Part shown: positions 1 through 5,983 of the stretch, one piece after another | Layout: each line of letters starts with the position of its first letter | Numbering within the stretch: the first letter of the stretch is position 1 | IMG/VR virus record: IMGVR_UViG_2541047432_000011 | Strand: one strand, 5' to 3' | DNA: 6,155 nucleotides | Source of the DNA: a virus | Lineage: Duplodnaviria > Heunggongvirae > Uroviricota > Caudoviricetes | Translations under genes and position numbers: made by a program | Notes under the pieces: generated by a model | What the model was told of the DNA's origin: nothing | Seen by the model: only the letters and a program-made list of their open reading frames with translations | The model's database searches: none

Positions 1-503
1 GCCAGACATTCGGCACCGGACATCCAGGTTTCATCCGCCAGCATGGCGGCAATTTCATCGGTGGTTTTTCCGGTTTTCTGCGCATAGGCTGGCAACAGTA
101 CCGATTCGACTTTATCCAGCAAATCGGCATAACTGCGCATATCCTCAGCATCCCCGCCACTGAATCCCCATGGCTTATGGATCATCATGAAGGCATTTTC
201 CGGCATAATGACCGTATCACCGGCCATCGCAATCACAGATGCCATCGAGGCGGCAACGCCATCCACATACACGGTAATGGTCGCCCCCTGATTTTTCAGG
301 GCATTAAAAATGGCGATGCCTTCAAAGACATCGCCACCCGGTGAATTGATATGGAGATTAATGTGGGTGATATCACCCAGTGCATTCAGTTCGCTGACAA
401 ACTGCTTCGCGGTAACTCCCCAGAAACCAATCTCGTCATAAATATAAATATCCGCGTCACCCGGCCCCCCAGCTTGCATCCTGAACCAGGATTTATTCTT
501 CAT
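1..503 (-). CDS. Prohead (head maturation) protease, ClpP/S14-like; partial, 3' end beyond window start, 167 N-terminal codons present
   Basis: My reverse-complement translation from ATG at 503..501 gives MKNKSWFRMQAGGPGDADIYIYDEIGFWGVTAKQFVSELNALGDITHINLHINSPGGDVFEGIAIFNALKNQGATITVYVDGVAASMASVIAMAGDTVIMPENAFMMIHKPWGFSGGDAEDMRSYADLLDKVESVLLPAYAQKTGKTTDEIAAMLADETWMSGAECL, open to the window edge. It carries ClpP-like motifs INSPGG, AASM (candidate catalytic Ser) and MIHKP (candidate catalytic His). It lies directly downstream of the portal, as lambda C does after B. An alternative start is the ATG at 479..477; the 503 start overlaps the portal stop by 11 nt. It is absent from the ORF track because it runs off the window. 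Confidence 0.8.
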   Translation of the reverse strand, partial: MKNKSWFRMQAGGPGDADIYIYDEIGFWGVTAKQFVSELNALGDITHINLHINSPGGDVFEGIAIFNALKNQGATITVYVDGVAASMASVIAMAGDTVIMPENAFMMIHKPWGFSGGDAEDMRSYADLLDKVESVLLPAYAQKTGKTTDEIAAMLADETWMSGAECL

Positions 504-1995
504 GCTGGCTTTCGGTGTCGCGCTGATACTGTCGTTCAGTTCCGGCACTGTTGCCTCCTTTGTCGTTGACGGGGTCAGTATCAAAGACCAGCCCCAGTCT
601 GCTGTTTTCATCAATTTCAGCCTTGCGGCGACGTTTGACCTCATCCGGATTGCGCCCACCGGCACGCACCCAGTCAGATTCTGTCGCTGCACCACCCCGG
701 ATCTGAATTCTCCAGGCTTCAGCTTCCTTAACCGGGTCGATCCACGGCATCACCGGACCGGAATACGTCGCGTTATATAGCGTTTTCATCTCCACATCCG
801 CCGGAATTTTCAGCAGACCTGCCGCAACCACCATATTCAGCCATGTCCGGTACACCGGGCGGGTTACCGCGCCAATAAAACAGTCCTGCAGGATCAGGTA
901 ACCATCCGTGGACTCGACCAGCTCCTGCCGCTGGGCGCTGTAGGTGCCGTTATAGTTACGCGCCGCACTGGAAAAACTCAGACGACTGCCTGCTGCCACT
1001 GCACGCAACTGGCCGTTGCGGAAAGTTTCAAGGTTGGGATTGGGACGGTCAGATTTGACCATGCCGATATCCTCGCCCTTGCGCAAATCGTCATAAATAA
1101 TACCCGGGGTGATATGGACTTCCCGCTCGGTCTCTTTGATCCCCGGATCTTCATAGTCCTGTCCGTCACCTTTACGGATATACAGTCCCAGCGCCGCAGC
1201 AATACGCGCCGCTGTCAGTTCCGCATCCTCATACTCCTTAAGGGCACTGATCCGCATCAGCACCCCCGATAACATGGATGAGCCTCGCGTCTGATGCAGA
1301 CGACGAGTGAACTTCAGGTGGATCATTTTTCCGGCAGCGATTTCTTTCGTATCACTCTGCCGGCCGCTGACCGGATAATTTTTATAAACCAGATATTTTT
1401 TCGGTCTTCCCCACTCATCAAGAAAAACCCCCTGATTCAGTCCGGCGGATTCATCAGTGCGCATGGGAACAAAATCCGGCTCCATCGCCTCAAGCCAGAA
1501 TGGCACTCCCGCCGTCCGTTCCAGACCGTTTCCCGCACCACTGACCATCTGCGCAAACACTTCACCATCCCGCAGCCAGGTCCGCAGCAGTAAACGTTCA
1601 AGCACAGGACGGGTATACTGCCCTGTCACATCCGGACTCACGGACCATTCAGCCCACAAACGGCGGATATCCGCAGCCAGCTCAGCCGCCATTTCCCCGT
1701 TTTTTCGTAATGGCTGAGGCTCCACAATAATTCCCCTGGCACCAATCACCCGCTCTTCCAGCTTGTCAAACACACCAATCACCAGGTCATGATTGATATC
1801 CAGAAAACGGGCCTGCTCCCGCAGGGAAACCGCACCGTATTTACTGAGCTGATCAGCAGAGCGATTTTCCCGCCGGGCTTTATGTGTCCGGGTCGGTTTC
1901 ACCGCCTCATAGGCCATGATTAACGCCCTTGAACGCAGTCTGGCTGCTTTCCACCCGGGGGAAAACACGCCGATCACATCATCAATAATTGCCAT
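493..1995 (-). CDS. Phage portal protein, lambda gpB family
   Basis: 500-aa ORF from the track. Its position between gpW-like and protease genes matches lambda W-B-C. The segment LSFSSAARNYNGTYSAQR resembles lambda gpB VSYEQLSRNYAQMSYSTAR, and SGPVMPWIDPVKEAEAWRIQIRGG resembles lambda IGSGRMAIDGLKEVQEAVMLIEAG (lambda sequence from memory). The start ATG 1995..1993 overlaps the gpW stop TAA by 1 nt (TAATG). Confidence 0.85.
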   Translation of the reverse strand: MAIIDDVIGVFSPGWKAARLRSRALIMAYEAVKPTRTHKARRENRSADQLSKYGAVSLREQARFLDINHDLVIGVFDKLEERVIGARGIIVEPQPLRKNGEMAAELAADIRRLWAEWSVSPDVTGQYTRPVLERLLLRTWLRDGEVFAQMVSGAGNGLERTAGVPFWLEAMEPDFVPMRTDESAGLNQGVFLDEWGRPKKYLVYKNYPVSGRQSDTKEIAAGKMIHLKFTRRLHQTRGSSMLSGVLMRISALKEYEDAELTAARIAAALGLYIRKGDGQDYEDPGIKETEREVHITPGIIYDDLRKGEDIGMVKSDRPNPNLETFRNGQLRAVAAGSRLSFSSAARNYNGTYSAQRQELVESTDGYLILQDCFIGAVTRPVYRTWLNMVVAAGLLKIPADVEMKTLYNATYSGPVMPWIDPVKEAEAWRIQIRGGAATESDWVRAGGRNPDEVKRRRKAEIDENSRLGLVFDTDPVNDKGGNSAGTERQYQRDTESQHEE

Positions 1996-2231
1996 TAAAA
2001 CCTCGCCAGTTTAAATCCCGGTTTTCCCCGCCTGCGGCTCACCATCGCGGCAAGCCTGCGTTCCCACTCCTGACGTCCGGCGCGGATCTGAGAAAGGCTT
2101 TCCAGCGTCAGTTGCTGCCCGTTGAAGATGACAGACTTTCCCTCCAGTACGGCCATTTCCGCTTCACGGTACCGCTGTATCATTTCTCTGGCTTCTTCTG
2201 TGCTCACAACCAGCCTCCTGATGTTATCCAT
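1995..2231 (-). CDS. Head-tail joining / head completion protein, lambda gpW-like
   Basis: 78-aa ORF ending in the basic tail SRRRGKPGFKLARF, like the lambda gpW C-terminus QRRRGPAGFYV (from memory). It sits between large terminase and portal as in lambda. The true start is probably the internal GTG at 2207..2205, giving 70 aa: it is preceded by a perfect AGGAGG (2219..2214) with a 6-nt spacer and overlaps the TerL stop as GTGA. The ATG at 2231 would overlap TerL by 28 nt behind a weak SD. Confidence 0.75.
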   Translation of the reverse strand: MDNIRRLVVSTEEAREMIQRYREAEMAVLEGKSVIFNGQQLTLESLSQIRAGRQEWERRLAAMVSRRRGKPGFKLARF

Positions 2232-4327
2232 GGATTATCTTCCGCACGCTCCGTCCGCAGTTTTTTCTTCCGGCGACGGCGTTTTTCTGCCCCGGCCGTC
2301 AGTTCCGGGGATACCGTTTCACCAGAACGCTCCTGCGGGAAGACGAGCCACGTTTCCCGCTGTGCCCAGTCCGGTGCGGAGGGCCAGCGGATCTTTTCGT
2401 AACCATGCAGAACGGCAAGCGCATCCGCATAAACCAGCAGGTCAAACGCTTCGTTAGCGCCCCTGCCCGGTTTTCGCCATTTTCCGTCACTGCCGCGCTC
2501 TTCATAGGTCAGCTCATCGTAAAACCACCGCCCCAGCCAGTCGGGAAAGTGGATATAGTTCGGCCCTGGTGTGTCACGCCACAGGGCATTATTTACACGA
2601 TCCTTAAACGCATCCGTCTGAACCAGCCACAGCGCGACATCGCCACTGGCTCTGGCACGGCGGGCACTTCTGCCGGTATTATCCGGGAAGGTTCGGTTAA
2701 TCAGCCTGTCACGGCGAAGTCCATCCCCCTTGAACAGAAACACCCTGTTGCCCAGTCCGTCACTCCGGCAACGACGCCAGAAACGATAGGCGTTATCTGT
2801 CACCCCGGCTTCCCCTCCCGTATCCACCGCCATGGCCATCAGACGCATGCGCACATCCGGATCAGAAGCCAGCGGCCATGTTTTATGGAACACATCCGTC
2901 AGCAACAAATCCCAGTCCTCCGGATATGCCGCCGGATCAACCGGCAGACTTTCACCGTTGGGACTGCAGCGCAGTGAATGCCGGATGTTGTAGCGATCAA
3001 CAATCCAGCGTTCCCCCTGCTCTCCGTATCCGGTGATCTGCACAACAAAACGGCGATTTTTACCGCCCTGTACGTCAACCGTTGCCTCAATAAAACGCAC
3101 ACCATCCGGCACAGATCGCCGGGGAAACGGCTCGGCACGCTGTTCAAGCAGTTCACTTTTACGCTGTTCCGTGGCTGAACGGGGCAGATAGGGTCGTCCG
3201 ATATCGGTGTTCACCACCGCTTTCAGGGTCTCTTCACTGCCGGTTCGCTCATACTCTTCTTCTGCCGCCAGCAGTTTAAAAATCAGTTGTTCCCAGGTCT
3301 GAAACGCCGCAGCTGGCCCCTCCATCCAAAATGACGCAATCCGGGAGTTTCGTGGCGTTCCGGTGATACTGCCGTCCGCCGCCGCCCGTTCACCTTCACG
3401 AAGCCAGATCCCCTGGTTATTCAGTTCGCGTTTCTGCTCAGGGGCAATCAGCCCGCGACAATGCGGACACATCAGACGGGCAGCCTGACCGGCAGCCACA
3501 AAATCCGGGTTATTCCGGTATCCGGTCATGTTATCCATCACCGGCTGAAAATATTCCCCGCAGTGCGGACACGGCCAGTACCACCGGCGGCGGTCTCCCC
3601 GGTTATACAGTGACAGGATCCCCGTTGTTGGCGGTGCCTCATGTGCGCCACCACAACGCCATTTGGTATCGGTGATATCCCGCCCCGGTGAACTCTCGAC
3701 CAGGGTCATCCCCGAGGACATAAAGGTGGTGGTACGCTTTGAGGCCAGCGTGAAGGCATCCCCTTCCCCGTCCACATTTTCAGGGAAACGGTCATAATCC
3801 GTCAGCGCCACACGACGGTAATCCGAAGAGGAAAAGACGGTGATCGACGGCCAGCCAATCTTCAGGAAGGAGCCGTCAAGAAACATTTTATCGTGGACGT
3901 TGTTGTCATTACGGGAAGGACTGAGGCGCTTGCTGACCTCCGGACTGTGGCGAAACGTCCTGGAAAGACGCGTTCTGGAATGCTCACGCGCCTTCGTCTC
4001 AGTCATCTGCACCACCAGCATATCCGCCGGATCACAGATGATGCCGTACACAATCCAGCCATCAATCAGCCCTTCGGTTTTCCCGGTTCGCGCAGGTCCC
4101 ACAAACACCACCGCGTCATATTCACGGGCTGATAATGTATTAATGGGGTCAATCATATAGGGCGTCAGCGATGACTCCCACGGACCGGAAGTATTGGCTC
4201 CCCGTGGAACCCGCATATAACGCCTGATGGCTTCCGCTACTGGTAACCGGCTGGGTGGGCGAAACAGCGAGGCCACTTCGCGCCAGATATCGGATGCGCG
4301 GCTATGGCTCTCGTTCACCTGATTCAC
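2204..4327 (-). CDS. Terminase large subunit, lambda GpA family (ATPase plus cos endonuclease)
   Basis: 707-aa ORF. Walker A-like GPARTGKT is encoded at 4099..4076, which I verified codon by codon. N-terminal SLFRP and the CPHCGEY motif match lambda gpA SLFRP and CPHCGEE (from memory). The start is GTG at 4327..4325, overlapping the TerS stop (ATGTGA). It lies directly downstream of the Nu1-like gene. Confidence 0.9.
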   Translation of the reverse strand: MNQVNESHSRASDIWREVASLFRPPSRLPVAEAIRRYMRVPRGANTSGPWESSLTPYMIDPINTLSAREYDAVVFVGPARTGKTEGLIDGWIVYGIICDPADMLVVQMTETKAREHSRTRLSRTFRHSPEVSKRLSPSRNDNNVHDKMFLDGSFLKIGWPSITVFSSSDYRRVALTDYDRFPENVDGEGDAFTLASKRTTTFMSSGMTLVESSPGRDITDTKWRCGGAHEAPPTTGILSLYNRGDRRRWYWPCPHCGEYFQPVMDNMTGYRNNPDFVAAGQAARLMCPHCRGLIAPEQKRELNNQGIWLREGERAAADGSITGTPRNSRIASFWMEGPAAAFQTWEQLIFKLLAAEEEYERTGSEETLKAVVNTDIGRPYLPRSATEQRKSELLEQRAEPFPRRSVPDGVRFIEATVDVQGGKNRRFVVQITGYGEQGERWIVDRYNIRHSLRCSPNGESLPVDPAAYPEDWDLLLTDVFHKTWPLASDPDVRMRLMAMAVDTGGEAGVTDNAYRFWRRCRSDGLGNRVFLFKGDGLRRDRLINRTFPDNTGRSARRARASGDVALWLVQTDAFKDRVNNALWRDTPGPNYIHFPDWLGRWFYDELTYEERGSDGKWRKPGRGANEAFDLLVYADALAVLHGYEKIRWPSAPDWAQRETWLVFPQERSGETVSPELTAGAEKRRRRKKKLRTERAEDNPWITSGGWL

Positions 4328-4800
4328 ATATCGGCCTCATCACAACAGTCAATGACTGCCTTTTCCAGTGTGTCGCGGATCTCATCAACCACAATCTGTA
4401 CTTCATTCAGTTGTGATGCAGTCCACCCCCTGTCCCTCTCCAGCCGGTCAGGCCAGGTTTCCAGTACCTGAACTATCGCTTTCACCACGACAGAAAAGGA
4501 CCGCCTGACATCACTGACTGGCACAAGCTGAACAGTTTCATGCTGAAATTTAAGACGCTCGCGCTCGGACTGATACCATGCCTTACGAGCGTGAGGATCC
4601 ATATCCTCATCTTCGGAAGATGGTGGTTTTTCCAGCAACGAAGTTATCAAATCCGTCAGGAGATACAGTTTTTTCTTTTCATTACTGCCTGGTGCAAGAG
4701 GAACATCCGCCATTCTGGCGGCAACAGTCTGCCGGTGCAGACCTGAAAGGGCTGCCAGTTGATTAATATTTAACTTCATATTTTTCAGCTCGCCGTCCAT
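4324..4800 (-). CDS. Terminase small subunit, Nu1-like (N-terminal HTH DNA-binding domain)
   Basis: 158-aa ORF. MKLNINQLAALSGLHRQTVAARMADVP aligns with lambda Nu1 MEVNKKQLADIFGASIRTIQNWQEQGMPV (from memory). It is the first gene after the cos region, and its stop overlaps the TerL start. The ATG at 4800 has GGAGGG 7 nt upstream; a second possible start is the ATG at 4779, which would align better with the lambda Nu1 N-terminus. Confidence 0.8.
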   Translation of the reverse strand: MDGELKNMKLNINQLAALSGLHRQTVAARMADVPLAPGSNEKKKLYLLTDLITSLLEKPPSSEDEDMDPHARKAWYQSERERLKFQHETVQLVPVSDVRRSFSVVVKAIVQVLETWPDRLERDRGWTASQLNEVQIVVDEIRDTLEKAVIDCCDEADM

Positions 4801-4985
4801 TTACATCCCTCCACATAAACCGCAGAACAGAAGTGACTCTGTTTTTTTGTAAAGAAATGCCGCCATATAAAGATGTCGAACAAAAAACAACCACAATCAT
4901 CATCTTTTTAATACTAACAGCATTAAAAACAACAAGTTACCATCATGATGATGATGACGATAAAATCACAAAAATGCGCCTTTTT
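4801..4985 (-). other. cosB-like region: AT-rich, A-tract-rich terminase-binding and bending segment between cosN and the small terminase start
   Basis: About 185 bp of non-coding AT-rich DNA immediately upstream of the TerS start, with multiple A/T tracts. The minus-strand reading CGTCATCATCATCATGATGGTAACTTGTTGTTTTTAATGC parallels lambda cosB CGTTCTTCTTCGTCATAACTTAATGTTTTTATTTAAAATACC (from memory). I could not assign individual R elements or an IHF site. Confidence 0.55.
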
Positions 4986-5004
4986 CCGCGCCCGCCCGCC
5001 CCGT
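4986..5004 (-). other. Candidate cosN (terminase nicking site / cohesive-end core)
   Basis: Minus-strand reading of 5004..4986 is ACGGGGCGGGCGGGCGCGG. This compares with the lambda cos junction ACGGGGCGGCGACCTCGCGGG (from memory): identical ACGGGGCGG on one side and CGCGG on the other, with a different central segment. It lies roughly 185-200 bp upstream of the TerS start, as in lambda. Exact nick positions cannot be derived from sequence. Confidence 0.5.
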
Positions 5005-5035
5005 GTTCAGGCCCACCCCACCAGGAGGACCCGCA

Positions 5036-5056
5036 AAATGATAATGGTTATCATTT
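5036..5056. repeat. Perfect 9-bp inverted repeat AAATGATAA-TGG-TTATCATTT, function unknown
   Basis: Read directly: 5036-5044 aaatgataa, a 3-nt spacer tgg, and 5048-5056 ttatcattt, the exact reverse complement. It lies about 30 bp from the cosN-like core on the side away from the terminase. Confidence 0.9.
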
Positions 5057-5260
5057 GCAACAAAATCCAGTTTCTTCCACCATCGCACCGGACTGGCGAC
5101 TATGAGGGGACAACGCCGCGCTCCGTTAACGCGGTAAACCCCGGTGTGTATCGTTTTTGATTATCCCCGCACACTCGCGCAGAGGATTCTCCCGGTCGGG
5201 CTGCGGTCTCTGTTAATGCAGGAATACGGCGACAATACCGCGCATGAATAATAAGGTCGC

Positions 5261-5485
5261 TCAACACACTGGCTGTAATGCAGCGGATACCATGCGGCAT
5301 TTAGCGGCATTCATCGTACACTCAACGGTTAGCTCTTCATTCGTGGCATTCACCTGAAAGGTCCTGGAGTGTAATTGCGTACATTTACCACTGAACGAAC
5401 CTTCAACAAGAACACGACCACGCTGCAAAATACGGAACGGAATTGTTCCCTGAAAAGGCTTTACGGTTACCAATAATTTCTTCAT
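5261..5485 (-). CDS. Hypothetical small protein, 74 aa, four Cys, function unknown; candidate moron between lysis cassette and cos
   Basis: ATG at 5485..5483 is preceded by GGAG with a 5-nt spacer; the track's longer form starts at TTG 5503. The product is MKKLLVTVKPFQGTIPFRILQRGRVLVEGSFSGKCTQLHSRTFQVNATNEELTVECTMNAAKCRMVSAALQPVC. It starts 20-odd nt after the Rz stop on the same strand. I see no signal peptide, no TM segment, and no family I recognise. Confidence 0.5.
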   Translation of the reverse strand: MKKLLVTVKPFQGTIPFRILQRGRVLVEGSFSGKCTQLHSRTFQVNATNEELTVECTMNAAKCRMVSAALQPVC

Positions 5486-5508
5486 GCATTCTCCGAATAA
5501 CAAAAATA

Positions 5509-5976
5509 CTAGTTAATACACTGAGTGCGGATATATTCCTGAAGCATTCTCAATGCTGCCTGGTCGCTGATGATTCCGTCTCTGATACCGAGAACGTTTC
5601 GTCCAGCAACCGGAGAGAGTTCGACGGCGGCATCATTGCCCACGCCGGAGGTGCCGGTGGCTTCACGCACGGTACCGGGGCAGGTGGCGTTGATCCGCAG
5701 GCGCTTACGACCAGCGGCAACATCAGCACGCAGAGTTTCATTTTCAGCTCTCGCATCGGCTAATTCCCTCGAGTATTTTGCATCGAGCGCAGCAACATCA
5801 CGCTGGCGCACCTGCATGTCAGTAATGGTGGCATTCGCCTGTTCCAGCTCTCTGGCTTTTTTATCGCGCTGCGCTTTGTAGGTGAGCGCGTTGTCACGGT
5901 AATGGTTTGTTGCCAGCCACAGCGCACCACAGCCAACCGCCATGACAATAATCACCACACACAGAACACGGTTCAT
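5509..5976 (-). CDS. Rz: Rz i-spanin (inner-membrane spanin subunit)
   Basis: 155 aa with an N-terminal TM segment ([19 protein letters not shown]) followed by [45 protein letters not shown]. This is near-identical in pattern to lambda Rz [45 protein letters not shown] (from memory). Confidence 0.92.
   Translation of the reverse strand: MNRVLCVVIIVMAVGCGALWLATNHYRDNALTYKAQRDKKARELEQANATITDMQVRQRDVAALDAKYSRELADARAENETLRADVAAGRKRLRINATCPGTVREATGTSGVGNDAAVELSPVAGRNVLGIRDGIISDQAALRMLQEYIRTQCIN
5550..5756 (-). CDS. Rz1: Rz1 o-spanin (outer-membrane lipoprotein), embedded out of frame in Rz
   Basis: [22 protein letters not shown] aligns with lambda Rz1 MLKLKMMLCVMMLPLVVVGCTS (from memory). It has a lipobox-like VSAC followed by a proline-rich stretch [21 protein letters not shown], and lies entirely inside the Rz reading frame in a different frame. 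Confidence 0.85.
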   Translation of the reverse strand: MRELKMKLCVLMLPLVVSACGSTPPAPVPCVKPPAPPAWAMMPPSNSLRLLDETFSVSETESSATRQH

Positions 5977-5983
5977 CTCTCTT

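Noticed and set aside
351-780. Plus-strand ORFs 351..569 and 502..780
   Set aside because: Antisense to the well-supported ClpP-like protease and portal genes; no SD and no recognisable domains.
978-1717. ORFs 978..1202 (-), 1294..1593 (+) and 1457..1717 (+)
   Set aside because: All are nested in or antisense to the portal gene in alternative frames; the portal frame carries the homology signal.
2299-2505. 68-aa minus-strand ORF inside the TerL 3' region
   Set aside because: Alternative frame within the large terminase with no start context; the basic, Arg-rich product reflects frame-shifted reading of GC-rich DNA.
2405-2977. 190-aa plus-strand ORF, plus other plus-strand ORFs at 1989..2402, 2122..2457, 2978..3178, 3840..4160 and 3893..4132
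   Set aside because: All lie antisense within the large terminase gene, whose homology is strong. The products are Arg/Pro/Ser-rich low-complexity sequences typical of antisense frames in GC-rich coding DNA, with no start context or recognisable motifs.
4540-4766. Plus-strand ORFs 4540..4746 and 4578..4766
   Set aside because: Antisense to the Nu1-like small terminase gene; no supporting start signals.
4833-5105. 90-aa plus-strand ORF spanning the cos region, including a DDDDDK run
   Set aside because: It runs across the AT-rich cosB and cosN DNA. The poly-Asp is simply the translation of the GAT/ATG microsatellite. It has no SD and is implausible as a gene in a cis-acting packaging site.
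4801-5260. Possible late promoter or intrinsic terminator in the Rz-to-terminase gap
   Set aside because: I found no convincing -35/-10 pair and no GC hairpin followed by a U-tract on the minus strand. In lambda-like phages the late operon is read through from an upstream late promoter across cos, so none is required.
5100-5300. 66-aa minus-strand ORF overlapping the 3' end of the 74-aa ORF
   Set aside because: It starts inside the 74-aa ORF in another frame, has no SD, and extends into the non-coding cosQ-side region; most likely fortuitous.
5443-5948. ORFs 5443..5763 (+), 5570..5881 (+) and 5760..5948 (-) overlapping Rz
   Set aside because: The first two are antisense to Rz/Rz1 and the third is an alternative frame within Rz. 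Only Rz1 is a known genuine embedded gene here, and it is identified by its lipobox and lambda Rz1 similarity.
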